Of a DNA stretch of 64,000 bases, positions 37,655 through 50,257 are shown piece after piece; within the stretch, counting starts at the first letter, position 1; each line of letters begins with the position of its first letter. Under the pieces are notes generated by a model. It saw nothing but the letters and a program-made list of their open reading frames with translations, was not told the origin of the DNA and made no database searches. The stretch is taken from contig NC_134027.1 in assembly GCF_964204645.1 (NCBI RefSeq), positions 21,352,560 to 21,416,559 on the forward strand, read 5' to 3'. The DNA comes from Tubulanus polymorphus (taxonomy: Eukaryota > Animalia > Nemertea). The translations under genes and the position numbers were made by a program.

Positions 37655-38425
37655 TCGTTTCTGCGTCCGTTTCTGCGCGGCGCAAAAACGAAATTTACCG
37701 CGCTAAAACGCGCCAAAACGAGCGCAGAAACGAAATTTCGTTTTAGCGCCCGTTTTGGCGCGTTTCTGCGCGGTAATTTCTCGTTTTTGCGCCGCGCAAA
37801 AACGAAGTTCGTTTCTGCGTCCGTTTTTGCGGGGCGCCAAAACGAAATTTACCGCGCAGAAACGAACCTTCGTTTTAGCGCCCGTTTTGGCGCGTTTTAG
37901 CGCGGTGATTTCTCGTTTTTGCGCCCCGCAAAAACGAACTTCGTTTCTGCGTCCGTTTTTGCGGGGCGCCAAAACGAAATTTACCGCGCAGAAACGCGCC
38001 AAAACGAGCGCAGAAACGAACCTTCGTTTTAGCGCCCGTTTTGGCGCGTTTTAGCGCGGTGATTTCTCGTTTTTGCGCCCCGCAAAAACGAACTTCGTTT
38101 CTGCGTCCGTTTTTGCGGGGCGCCAAAACGAAATTTACCGCGCAGAAACGCGCCAAAACGAGCGCAGAAACGAACCTTCGTTTTAGCGCCCGTTTTGGCG
38201 CGTTTTAGCGCGGTGATTTCTCGTTTTTGCGCCCCGCAAAAACGAAGTTCGTTTCTGCGTCCGTTTTTGCGGGGCGCCAAAACAAAATTTACTGCGCAGA
38301 AACGCGCCAAAACGAGCGCAGAAACGAACCTTCGTTTTAGCGCCCGCTTTGGCGCGTTTTAGCGCGGTGATTTCTCGTTTTTGCGCCCCGCAAAAACGAA
38401 CTTCGTTTCTTCGTTCATGCGCGGT
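37655..38425. repeat. 154-bp GC-rich tandem repeat in the left arm
   Basis: Near-identical translated ORFs offset by 154 bp (37875 and 38029). Confidence 0.88.
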
Positions 38426-39209
38426 AATTTTGGTCGGATGGTGGCGCCAGGGTTCATCTCGTGATACTAATTACGGCCTTAAAACGTTGTATTATTATAC
38501 CAATTATTTTCTAATTAATTTAATTTTCAGAGTTACGTTTATACGCAATAAAACTTCCTTTATCGGTGATTTTCTGATTTTTTACGAAAGCCAGTAGCAC
38601 TGCCTTCACTGCGATCGATAGAAAACGAATATCTTCTAGTCCTCGAAACCCTCTTCCCGATGATTTTAAAGAACACCCTTCTTTTACAGAAACATGACAC
38701 TTCTTTAGATGAGAATAGAAGGGCCCAGACACTATGATGCCAGAGTTAATCGTTTAATTTGAAAATAAATCGAGTTGAACCATTCTGTTTCCAAAAGCAC
38801 GCAACCATGAATTAGATCTTCGAAAAAATAAAAACTCAAGGGAGTTCATAACTCGATGTGCACTGGGCATCAATATCGGCGTTTAGATAGACCTAACAAA
38901 ATTTTGAATTATATGGCGTTTATTGTAATTAGACAAATTTCATGATATATTTTCTATTTAATAATTTTTTCGTCATTAATGGGCTTACTGATCAATTCAA
39001 TGTTTTTCACGCCGTCAATAAACTTTCAATTTAGTTTTCTTGTTTTTCCACGATTTCGGGAAGTGGGGGCTAGTTAGTCAAGTAAGTGAATTAGTGCCTT
39101 GGGCTCTAAAATAGGCTACGTTTTAGGATGAAGTGTTGAACTTTAGAGATGGGCCCCGAACGTGGTGCCGTTGTGACCTAGAATGCACGGCTCGGGACTG
39201 CACCACGTG

Positions 39210-39695
39210 GCAAAAATGGACGCAGAAACGAAGTTCGTTTTTGCGGGGCGCAAAAACGAGAAATCACCGCGCTAAAACGCGCCAAAACGGGCGCTAAAAC
39301 GAAGGTTCGTTTCTGCGCTCGTTTTGGCGCGTTTCTGCGCGGTAAATTTCGTTTTTGCGCGGCGCAAAAACGGACGCAGAAACGAAGTTCGTTTTTGCGG
39401 GGCGCAAAAACGAGAAATCACCGCGCTAAAACGCGCCAAAACGGGCGCTAAAACGAAAGTTCGTTTCTGCGCTCGTTTTGGCGCGTTTCTGCGCGGTAAA
39501 TTTCGTTTTTGCGCCCCGCAAAAACGGACGCAGAAACGAACTTCGTTTTTGCGCGGCGCAAAAACGAGAAATCACCGCGCTAAAACGCGCCAAAACGGGT
39601 GCTAAAACGAAATTTCGTTTCTGCGCTCGTTTTGGCGCGTTTTAGCGCGGTAAATTTCGTTTTTGCGCCGCGCAGAAACGGACGCAGAAACGATG
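39210..39695. repeat. Inverted copy of the 154-bp repeat in the right arm
   Basis: Reverse complement of the left-arm units. Confidence 0.88.
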
Positions 39696-42397
39696 CAATA
39701 TATTTTTTGCATGGTATATTCCACGAATTTTTTTTTTTTTAACTTGGCCCTAATCAGCCACCATACCATAAAGATAAAGATAAGTCGTTTTCTTATTCAA
39801 CCATTCAGAAAAGTGTCATGCCTAATTATCTGTTGACCAAGTAGCCAATGCCATGCACGTTGAGTTATTTTCTAAAATCCTAATCCTTGTCAAAGGCCAA
39901 GGTCGCTGTGGAGCTATTTCCGGGTTTGATTTCTGTTGAGATTCTCATTTCGAAGCGTTTTCTCTTTTATTTTTCGTGCAAATGTGGTGTTAAAAATTAA
40001 AAAAACTACCAACCGCATCTGAAGAGAATATGTCAGAGGAATATTTTCATTGTTATAATAAAAATAAAGACACCTTCCGCATCTCCAAAAAAAATTCAAA
40101 CAGATATTTTTATTTCTACTTTTTTTTAAAAGGACATAAAAATAAAAACCACCCGCCCTCGTCATGGTAAAAAACAAAAGTGTGATTAGAAACAAGTCAT
40201 CTTTTTTGGCCTAGTGTACTGTTTGTTGGTTGGCCATTGCAGGGATGATATAATGCATATCTCATCCGCTGGTTGACGGTCGACTGGTGACATATTGCAC
40301 TGTTGTCACCAAGTAATGTACAAGGTGACAGAGACGATAGAGTGCATAGACCTACCATCCGCTGGTTGACGGTCGACGGACGACACGTCGCAATGTTGTC
40401 GAGAATTTATGTACAAGGATCGTGGGTTGACTGGTAGACGGGTGACCACAAGTTACAAACAATCAAGAGAAGGAAATCAACAACGTATCAATGAATAAGA
40501 TTTTATTAACGAAGTTATCAGACACAATAAAAGTTAGTTCGATGTTCGGATATTCGGCTATGCACAAGTCCATTAGATGGTCAAACACCCCAGTAGTGTC
40601 CAGGAATTTCGCGGTATAGGTGTCCTTCTTCATTGCGACTATTGCGTCGCATCAGGCGCCAATGCCTCCGATGCCGGTTTATACAAAAATATGTCGTATC
40701 GCGTTGCGCATTTTGCGGTATATTTACCTAATCCCACACTATCTTCTGCCAGTAGTTCGAAACTGTGGTCAACATGATAATGTGGATAGCTTTGATTGAT
40801 TACGATCGATGTAAAATGTAAAAGAACATGTAATTAATTGGAAGTTGGCATAGCGTACCTATGATTTGTTGAGCTAGAGAGCCTTTTGTGTGTCGCTGTA
40901 TTTGGCGACTGTCGACTTAAGGGCATGGTAAGTAGCATATAGTCCTTGGAATGCGATCTCTAAAAGATTTGTAGGGTTTTTATTATGTGTTTGGTCACGT
41001 GGTCTGTTTGGTATATAGGGTTAATAGACCGTTAATAGTTAATATGTGTGTGGGTAGACACGTCGACACTTTGACTTATCGAATGTTAATGACTGGCGAT
41101 GTAAATGTGTCGACATGTAAACTTTCTTTGCAATTGCAATTAGTTTATTGCTCCACAAAAGTTTATATTTGCACAGAGCACAAAAAACAGATTCATACAT
41201 GATACACGTTTTTTCATGCAGTTTACAGAATTCATACAAACACAGTTTAAATGAGAAGAAATGCATGAATACTTACTTATCAATCAATTAACAGTCAATT
41301 TATAGTTGAAGGCGGACATTGAACATTACATATTTCGTATAAGTTAAAGAAACTTTGACCCTAGCTGTATAAAGCGAGACAGGTTACAGAGCTGTTTGCC
41401 CTTAGAATTTAATAATTGTATCAATTTGAAAGCACTTGGTCTTATTCTTAAGTATGGTTTAATAAACCGGGTGCAAAGATTCTGAAGGGAAGGGCATTCT
41501 AGAACAAAATGGTACTCAGGCTAAGTCTACACTCGAGGAGTTTTCTGTTACCTCTCTCAAAACAAAAAATATAGCTTTATTAGCGTGCGAAGCTATAGAC
41601 TTAATACATGTCGATAGGCTTCCATTATAGTAGAAAATGATACCTAAGTATCCGAAACTGGAGACTAATTCTATTTTACTTCCATTTATAAAAAAAACTC
41701 TGGAGAGTTCCGACATTTCCTCTTTTGAAAGATTATTGCCTTAGTTTTTTCCAGGTTGATGTCGAGTTTCCACAGCTGATGATACTCAGATTTTATCGAT
41801 TGTATATTGTATATAAGCTTAGGGCAGATTCTGCTAGAATAACGGCATCATCTGCATATAACAATAATAGGAGTCTGAAACAAACATCTAAACTTTCTTG
41901 GTCCCAAAAAATCTTATACCGTCACACTGACTTTCAATTAGAAACCATTCCATGTCAAGTATATTGAAAAAAGTATAGGGGAGAGGTTCTCACCTTGTCT
42001 CAATCCTTTAAAACTCTCAAAGTACTCCGAGTTGACACCGTTTACTTGAATACATGATTTTGCATCTTGATAGATATTATAAATTACTCGTAATATTTTT
42101 CCAGTTATACCAGAGTGCTTCACGCCAAATTGAATCGAATGCCTTTCGATAATCAATGAAGATACAGAATAACTTCTTATTGTTTGCTAGAAATAATTCA
42201 ATAAATGAATTCAAAGTGAAGATATGGTCTTATATGGAATGCGTCTTCCTGAAGCCTGCTTGGTTTTTCAGTAAAAGATCATTGGTTTCTAGGTATTCCG
42301 TCAGACGATCATTTATCAGACTAGTACAAAGTTTCCCCAGACAGCTAAGGAGGGTGATCCCTCGATAGTTGTCTGGGTCTTTGGCATCGCCTTTTTC

Positions 42398-43006
42398 GGC
42401 GCTATTGCACTTTCGTACCCCCTCCCAAAAATTTTTATTTCAGCATATTTATTATCAGGGAGGTCTAGGGATTCAAAATCAGTGACTTTAGACCAAAAAA
42501 CTTACTTTTTTCTAGGTTAAAATTTTGTTATTTTTGGCCCTAAATCGCGCGTTAATTCGCCGATTCGCGACGTCAACAACGTCATATTGGATGTCAATCA
42601 AAGTTTCTAACCCTCCACTGAAATGTCATGACATAAAAACTTTGCAAAAACCATGTTTTCAAACATAACCATCTCTGAAAATGACGCGTATGTTTGCATT
42701 ATTTTCATACTTAGCTATTGATTTAAAGATGTTGTGATGAAGAAAAGTTATATGCCCAAAAATTCAATTCAATTCAATTTATTGAGATATATTAATTCAG
42801 ATGTTTTTAGGTGGTAATTAGTGCGGAAACATGGCCGACCCATCGGTTTGAATCGAGGAAATCGGCCCCAAATTATCAGAATTTTGGCTTGGAAAAAATA
42901 ATTTTTTTTAATCAAAAGTAATTTATTTTGATTCTACAGACCTCCATGATTAATAATATACAGAAATAAAAATTTTTGGGAGGGGGTACGAAAGTGCAAT
43001 AGCGCC
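42398..43006. mobile_element. Merlin-like MITE
   Basis: About 45-bp TIR GGCGCTATTGCACTTTCGTACCCCCTCCCAAAAATTTTT; 8-bp TSD CCTTTTTC (42390-42397, 43007-43014). Confidence 0.75.
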
Positions 43007-43581
43007 CCTTTTTCCCTATAGATTGGCTTGATAGTACCAATAGTCCAACTGTCGGGGATAACACCGGAATCTAAGACTGTGTTAAAAAGTAAAAAGTGTT
43101 GGTAATATGAACTCTTGTGAGGCTTTTAAAATTTCGTTAGTTATGCGATCTATTCCTTGCATTTTTGTCTTTTCATACTTTTAACAACTTCATTTGTAGT
43201 GAAAAGACTATTTAATACCTCCTCATCGCCGTCTAACGAACAGTCGGTAGCATTAAATAATCCGGGGTCATTCCCCTCATCTGTAGGGTGTATATTCAGG
43301 TCGACATAAAATTTAAAGAGATTTTCAAGTGTGGCTTCACAATGTGATTTGTTATCCTTTTTGGAGAATATCCAATAGTCCCTTGGGTTTAGGCGTTTCA
43401 TTTGCCGCGAAGTGTTATTCATGTTTTTCACTTTTATATTTCTATCAGTTCGGATAGCTTTTTTATACCGCCTAAAAGCTTTCTTTCAGTTCTATATAGG
43501 TTTGTTTGATGGCTCTTATATCTTCGTTTCATCTGGCAATAGCCTCTCCTGGTTTCTTTTAATCTTGGGCTAAATCCCTTA

Positions 43582-44011
43582 AGGCCCGGACACACTGGGC
43601 GATTTGGTCGCCCGATTTCGTCGCCCGACGAAATCGCCGGTAAAATCGCCCAGTGTGTCCGGGCAATCGCCTTCGGCGATTTAGTCGGCCGACGAAATCG
43701 CCCGAATCCAACATGTTGGATTCTGTCGCCGGCGATTTCGTCCCCGGCGACAGAATCGCCCAGTGTGTCCGGGTACGGCGATCAGTCGCCTCGAGCGCCG
43801 TACTAACCAGCCAATCACGGCTCTTTGATTTATTAAAGGTGGCGCTAGCAGCTGGTCGTTTCAAAATAAGCGGCGCTGTTCGCCGATTTCGTCGCCGACG
43901 AAATCGCCCAGTGTGTCCGGGTCTGTCGGCGATCAAATCGGTCATAAAATCGGCGGCGATTTCGTCGGCCGATTTGGTCGGCCGACGAAATCGCCCAGTG
44001 TGTCCGCGGCA
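43582..44011. mobile_element. PIF/Harbinger-like MITE with internal subterminal repeats
   Basis: TIR AGGCCCGGACACACTGGGCGATTT / AAATCGCCCAGTGTGTCCGCGGCA; TTA TSD. Confidence 0.78.
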
Positions 44012-44847
44012 TTACTATTACTAGCCGTTTCCTTAGTTTTTACCTTATGATTTTGTAATCCCATTATTGAAACCGAAGTACCGATCATTATGTCGGTTGA
44101 AATATTGCTCGCATCACTAGCATTATTTGATATCATCATCTAATAGTTCTCTATTAAGTTCAATTCGTTGGTTCTCATTACGTTGTTTAAGCTTAATTTC
44201 ATCTGGTTTCAGCTCTTTGTTTATTCCATTTAATCCTAGCATTTTGAGGTATAACTATCGGGTGGTCCCGTTGTTCTGGTTTTGGTAAAATTCCCCTTCT
44301 GATTTGGTGAGTGAACGTCAGAAAAAAGCTTTTAGAACTCGAGTACTTGGAAATCTGTTATGTTTTTGAAAATGCTCGGCGAACTAATAAAATAGTCCAC
44401 AAGGTGTTTTGTTTCCCTTGAAACACGTGCACTTCCCGATATTTCTGTCAACACCAACTCGGCCAAACCAATTCGTCATGGGTTATAAATTTCGGGAGGG
44501 TTTTTGTATATGTATTAACATCTCCACCAATGATCCCATCTAACTTCGGCATACACATAAACCGAACAACGCATACGCGATGGAACTGTACTGTGAAATA
44601 CCCTACTGGAGCTGAATTTGCTTCGCATATTCTATTTTCTAGATATCTTATGTCATTTATGTCATGAGGTTCAGGGCTTTAGTAAAAGTATGAAAATTCA
44701 GTGTGCAATTAAAGGCCTTGATCCCACGTCCATGATATCGGGCTACTCTAATTTCACAGGACGTTCACAAATGTAAAGTTCTTGTCATATGTCTCTTTAT
44801 TCAAATCAACATATTTTGCATGCGGTGATCCTGTATTATCTGCCGAC

Positions 44848-45891
44848 CTACGCTCGTTTTCCTAATCGGCCGCAGCTCAAAAACCAGACAAGCGTTTCTC
44901 CAAAACCTCTCCGGATACATAAGTACACGAATAAATTGATCATAGAATTTACGGCATGTAAAAACTGACCCGAATGATACGGTCGATATTTCTCGCCCTC
45001 GTCTGCGGATAAAACCGCCGGCAAAAATGTGTTCAGCACAGCCATCATATATTCAACCATAAAAATCACATTTAAAACCAGTATCGTAAGAGTTATTTGG
45101 CGACCTTGTTTACTATTAGTGGAACTTGCATCTTCCTCTATTTGTTGAAGTTTCTGGCGCATACGAGCCGCTACGAGCACTAATATGAACATATGAACGT
45201 TACACGCCAAAACAATTAGACCCGGGATAAACTTAAGCACAACTTTACCGAATACAAAATCGTAATACATCGCGTATTGTTTATTGACAAGCAGCAAATC
45301 TATCTGCCGGATATACGAACACGGATGATCGGGCATTGCTACGTACGTCCCTTTATCCCAAATCGTTGGTATATCAAAAATAAAAGTTGCAACCCAAGTC
45401 GCAACAGATATACGAAACGCATTTTGAATAGTACAAATTCTTCTGGCAGACAGCGGGTATCTTATGGCCACATAGCGATCAATACTTAACGCGTAAAGCA
45501 GCCACGGACTCGTAGTCGTGGTCATCTGGAATATTACATCTATATAAAGATATATATGGCGGAAATATTGTTGATATATTTCATCGTACCGAATAAATTC
45601 AAATGGGTAGCTCCTCGCAATGACTATAAACTCGCGTCCGAACAGCCCCGTTAAACAGTTGACAGTATCGGCTGCAGCGAGTGCCTCTAAATATAAAACA
45701 CTGCTTCCTTCAAGTTTCATCAGACGAAGAACTATGAATGCGAGGCTATTGGAAACGATACCAATGGCGTAAAGTATGCTACGAGCTAACGTCATTATGG
45801 TACCGTACGTGTAAGTTCCTGAACCATCACAGAAATTGCCGCAACAAATAACCGTTTGGTTTGTTACCGATATTGCTGTCGAACTGTGCAT
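44848..45891 (-). CDS. Intronless class A GPCR paralog 4 (intact, 347 aa)
   Basis: 7 TM segments; LAAAD, SIDRYVAIRYPL, NSMINLFVY; colinear with copy 1. Confidence 0.92.
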   Translation of the reverse strand: MHSSTAISVTNQTVICCGNFCDGSGTYTYGTIMTLARSILYAIGIVSNSLAFIVLRLMKLEGSSVLYLEALAAADTVNCLTGLFGREFIVIARSYPFEFIRYDEIYQQYFRHIYLYIDVIFQMTTTTSPWLLYALSIDRYVAIRYPLSARRICTIQNAFRISVATWVATFIFDIPTIWDKGTYVAMPDHPCSYIRQIDLLLVNKQYAMYYDFVFGKVVLKFIPGLIVLACNVHMFILVLVAARMRQKLQQIEEDASSTNSKQGRQITLTILVLNVIFMVEYMMAVLNTFLPAVLSADEGEKYRPYHSGQFLHAVNSMINLFVYLCIRRGFGETLVWFLSCGRLGKRA

Positions 45892-48506
45892 TATGTATTT
45901 CGAATCTATGTCGCGGCAACAATTGAATCCCAGGCACTAATTCGCACATACGTAGGATTTTCCTTCGCGCGACTTCCATATGATTGCTGCCGGTTCTGCA
46001 TTTGTTCTGCTTCTTCGTGATACCCTCCGGAGTCTATCAAAATTCCCCAGTTGCCGTCAAATTTTTACCACACAGTGTCTTCGCCACAGATGAAGCCTTT
46101 ACTAACCCGGTGCAGGGTTCCAGCTTATGATCGATTTAGAAACTCATCGCAGTATATCTTATACTCTCCGCCTTTCAACATTACACCGGTGCAATGCAGA
46201 ATTGTTTCAGAGAGAAATACTCGAAATAACAAAATGGTCGCATTCGAAACAATATCTGATTTAGTTTATGTACTGATTATCTTCCGTTAATTCGAATAAA
46301 TAAAGATACGTAGATACTAAAAAGAATACAATTGCAGTGCTGCAATAAAAAGATAATTCCGGTGCAAAGGTGATGAATTATTTGATGAAAAGGCTGCTCC
46401 AGCTGCTTGACGTTTTTTGATAAAGTGTACTAAAATGCGTGATATGCACAATGTCACGTACATAACTAATATCGTAATTTAACAAATAATTACAAACTAC
46501 GCCATACAATACTGACTAGATCAACCGACCCGGCTGGTTTGACCTTGTTTTGAAATTAAGCAACTATATCAAAAAATTCTGCACGGTAAAGCGCCCTGCT
46601 GTTGGATACTTTGTTAATCATTTATTAAAGAAAAATAGGCAGGCATTTTTCTTTACATTTTTTTCCGTGAAAAGTATGAAATTTGACATTGTTCCATCGG
46701 CCTCTATTCATTCTTTTTTTTTTAGAAATTATCACTGAAAGATTTTTGAAATGAAAAAATATATTAAGCGATGGATATGGCTGGATAAGTTCTGTTTGCC
46801 AAATACCATACTAGTAGGCCTGTCGGCCTAGTTTAGTTGCCAGATGTTGGATCATTCCTACCTTCTTGTTTTTTGCCAAATTTCGAGGATACGTCAATTA
46901 TTATTCTAAATAGCTAGGAAGGATATATCAAAGAAACTCCATAGAATGGAAAGATTCAGTCAGATGGAAATCCAGATCATCACAAAAATAGGACGTGCTA
47001 TGAATTACAAATCCAAAAAGTAAATGAAAATGTATTCTCCAGATGGCACTTTGATCATCTTTTTGAGGATGATTTTTGAAGAGAAAAGAATAATTTTCAT
47101 CCGCTTACAAAAATGGAGTAACCCTCAGTAGACGTGGTAGACCTGGATTAACGACCTTGAAGAATGGCTAGTAGTCAACCGCCGAAACACGAAGATTTAC
47201 AAAATTGTTTTTCCTCAATTATGAGTGTGAGGCTTTATTTATTTAATATCAGTAGTACCATTTCAACAATAGTCTAACGCTTAATTTCATTTTGAGTTGA
47301 TATTTATTTTGCTTTTATACACTTGAAAGTGAGTTTTGGTTTATTATTTCACCACGTCCCGTCGTGGTACTGTTTTGCTGCGAAAACAATTTAGTATAGT
47401 ATAGTAGCATTTATTTGGTTGTTTACGATTATAACGTTATTGATATTACACAATATACAGCGAAAAAATGTAACAAGAAAATTTGATGATATTTGAATTG
47501 GAGAACCTACATTCAATGAAAATGACGCTATTTCACTACGTATCATCGCCCATATCGCTACCACTTAATTCACGTGACATGAGTCTATACATTATCAATT
47601 TGAAATTTTTATCTAAATAGAACAATTTCGACACTCGGCCCGGTGGGCCATTAAGCAACCAGAAAGTTTACGGTTGACTGCCTTCTACAATATAGAAAGA
47701 AGTATGTTAGAATACATAAATATGTAACGGTTTTTATCGAATTTACTTTACACATAGAATCTATTTCCGTTTTTAAAAAATTTGATGTATATAATTTTCA
47801 TATTGCCGAGGATATTTTGACATCATCACGGATAATTTTTCAATTTTTTTGGGTAAGTTTTTAAAGGTAGGCTTAGTGATTTCTAAACAAATAGAGAATC
47901 CTTGTATGTTTTGTAAGCGGGACATTGAAAGTCATCATTCCCTCGAGTGACAAACTTCACAAATGCGCCGCACTTCTTTTAGATTGATAAATCTATCGGT
48001 TTCCAGTTTAAGTGGAAGTATACTAAAGCATATTTGAGCCAAATTTGAGCGTTCAAGTTCATTTATTTCATAGAAAAGAACGAACAACATAAAAATATTT
48101 ACAATTAGAATTTATAAGAGTGTGGTTTTTTTTATAAAATGTATGATTAAGATGCTAGAAAAAAAATGATGTTACGTACATAACAGGCGGGTTTTTTGGC
48201 GTGGCCTTACAGAGTACCTTAGAATATGATATGTGAGTAAATTCAAAAAGTATATATGGCTTTTTATGTAACCACTTTCTTAATATGCAATGTATTCTAT
48301 TATATACACGATAGAACGAACACTACGTAATATGACGTGTAGATCAGTACAGCGTTAGTCAGAGAGAAACTTTTCAATATACCTAATTTGCACAATAGTT
48401 GCATATATCCAAAGCTCACTCCTTGATTTGGTTTTCTTTGTAGCCCATAGGTCAGATCGAGATGGGTTTGGAAACTGAGAGAAAAATAACCAAACTGACG
48501 TGATAT

Positions 48507-50257
48507 CATCATCATCAATATCACGGACTTATGGAGGCCCGTTGAGGCCTATTGGTGTCCGGCTCGTTTGGTAATTTACATAAATTTAGGTGATATTTAA
48601 AATATTTCTCAATGCTCATAGTTTGATCTGCACCTAGCCCATCTTAAAGATGGGTGTTAAATATTCTTTAGATCAGTTAGAATGGTTGCCAAGTATTGTA
48701 ACATTACATGACTAGTTAGAAATATTGATATCAATAATCTATCAGTATCATTTCGAGTTTAGATTTTAAAGAATAATAAAGTTATCTATTTATAGTTAAT
48801 AAGTTTTAATAGTTTTTTAGAGAAAGACTTTTGAGATTAGTTATCAATACTCAAGTTATCTAAATAAGTTTTTCTCAGTTATTTCCACATTGATAAAAAA
48901 TGTGATATCAATATTTAGATATAGTATGAATATTATAAATTAAGTGTCGTTTTTGATATATTGTTCTGTTCTGGTACACATCCATGCTGTAGTTGGGTTC
49001 CACTCTTCTTCTTGACATGCTGTTGTTGCTCCTTTTTTGTTCTGTAATAGCTAACTGGATCCCATTGAGTGTTGCAGGTTCGGTCCTTTTCAATTTTATG
49101 TAATTCTCTACGCATTGAACCCGATCATTTACATTGGTAAATATCACTCTTATGGGACGTGGTCTCGTTTGATTTTTATTGCCAATTCTTCTGATGTCTC
49201 TTAAGTTGGCTGCACCAAGTTTAATGATACCATTTAGAAATCTTTCAACCCGAGAAGTGTCGTCACAAATAATCTTATCTGATTCAGGTATGTTATATAT
49301 GATAATGTGTGACCGTCTCTCATCATTGGAAGAGCTATTTGAACCACTGATTTCCTCAGTCGATGTTTTTGTTGAAGTGTTAAATCCAGCTTCCATTTTA
49401 TGGGTAGATTTCTTGAAGACCATATTTTCACTCTCAATCTGCTTAATTTGATTTGAAAGAATATCGAGATTTTTTGAGTTCGTATCCAATAGTCTGCTAT
49501 GAGTCTCGATTTTTTCTCTGATGTCAGCTATGCATTTACTTGTTTTATAGCTTTCTTTTGCAGAAACTTCTTGATGTATTTTGGTAATCCGGGATTCTAA
49601 AATTTCTATAGCGTTAAAGAATATTTCTCTCATGTTCTTTATCTCCAATTTAATGGTCTCCATCTCTTGAAATTTCTGCTCAGTTTGAAAATCAGTCAAA
49701 CATCGACTACACAGATATTTAACCGGCAGATTCTCTGCATTTTCAGCTGCATTGGAGCAGTTATTACAAATTGACTGACCGCACTTGGAACACTGGACGA
49801 TCTCGTTTTCAAAATTAAACAGACGGTTACATTTAGAGCACGGTACATAGTTTCCCCATTCATCATCTTCTTCTAGTGTTGAATCACAATCACTGTCTAG
49901 TTCTGCTAGACTCTCAGCAAACTTCAGAGCTTCTTCATGTATTTGCCCTTTTTTGTCACAGCCCTTAACCTTAGTTGCCATGGTTTCCCTTGTCTGAAAT
50001 GGTTGCTGACTGGTGGTTGCTAAGTTGCTTGGTTGATTTCCCACAGATGAAAGATTTCACTTTTTAAACACTCACAGATTTTCTTAGGGAAGATCGTAGT
50101 TGTTGAAGCAATATTCAGAAGAATCCCTGTGTATTATGTAACATTGTCCTGCTAAGTTAGATGGCAGGAAGATTTTGTTTCTGTTAAATATGTAGAAGTT
50201 ACATGGAGCGTAGATGTTCATTCTTCCTTCCAGCCCCATGGTCACTAGGCAACCTAG
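48507..50257 (-). mobile_element. ORF1-only non-autonomous retroposon (HAL1-like architecture)
   Basis: GATAT TSD (48502-48506, 50258-50262); empty site at about 61586; (GAT)n tail; single ORF1-like ORF and no RT. Confidence 0.78.
48908..50044 (-). CDS. LINE ORF1-like protein: PHD-like finger, coiled coil, L1-type RRM
   Basis: CSKC...VQCSKCGQSICNNC...YLCSRC; heptad-rich middle; HIIIYNIPES...RRIGNK..RPRPIRVIF. Confidence 0.82.
   Translation of the reverse strand: MGNQPSNLATTSQQPFQTRETMATKVKGCDKKGQIHEEALKFAESLAELDSDCDSTLEEDDEWGNYVPCSKCNRLFNFENEIVQCSKCGQSICNNCSNAAENAENLPVKYLCSRCLTDFQTEQKFQEMETIKLEIKNMREIFFNAIEILESRITKIHQEVSAKESYKTSKCIADIREKIETHSRLLDTNSKNLDILSNQIKQIESENMVFKKSTHKMEAGFNTSTKTSTEEISGSNSSSNDERRSHIIIYNIPESDKIICDDTSRVERFLNGIIKLGAANLRDIRRIGNKNQTRPRPIRVIFTNVNDRVQCVENYIKLKRTEPATLNGIQLAITEQKRSNNSMSRRRVEPNYSMDVYQNRTIYQKRHLIYNIHTISKY

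Larger units (their letters stand above)
37583..39765. mobile_element. IS3EU-like non-autonomous foldback DNA transposon with satellite-bearing long TIRs
   Basis: Termini TATGGTGGCTGATTAGGGCCAAG / CTTGGCCCTAATCAGCCACCATA; 6-bp TSD CCATAA (37577-37582, 39766-39771). Confidence 0.78.
41125..44480 (-). mobile_element. Degenerate RTE-X-like LINE interrupted by two MITEs
   Basis: Minus-strand NYRGITLLSCLGKL, KNQAGFRK, GLRQGENLSP, LLLYADDA, YLGIIF and YHFVLEC motifs. Confidence 0.85.

Noticed and set aside
37703-39605. Arg/Lys/Ala-rich ORFs (MARFCAV...)
   Set aside because: Translations of the 154-bp repeat on both strands
43559-44024. 128-aa and 123-aa GC-rich ORFs
   Set aside because: They lie within the Harbinger MITE's internal repeats
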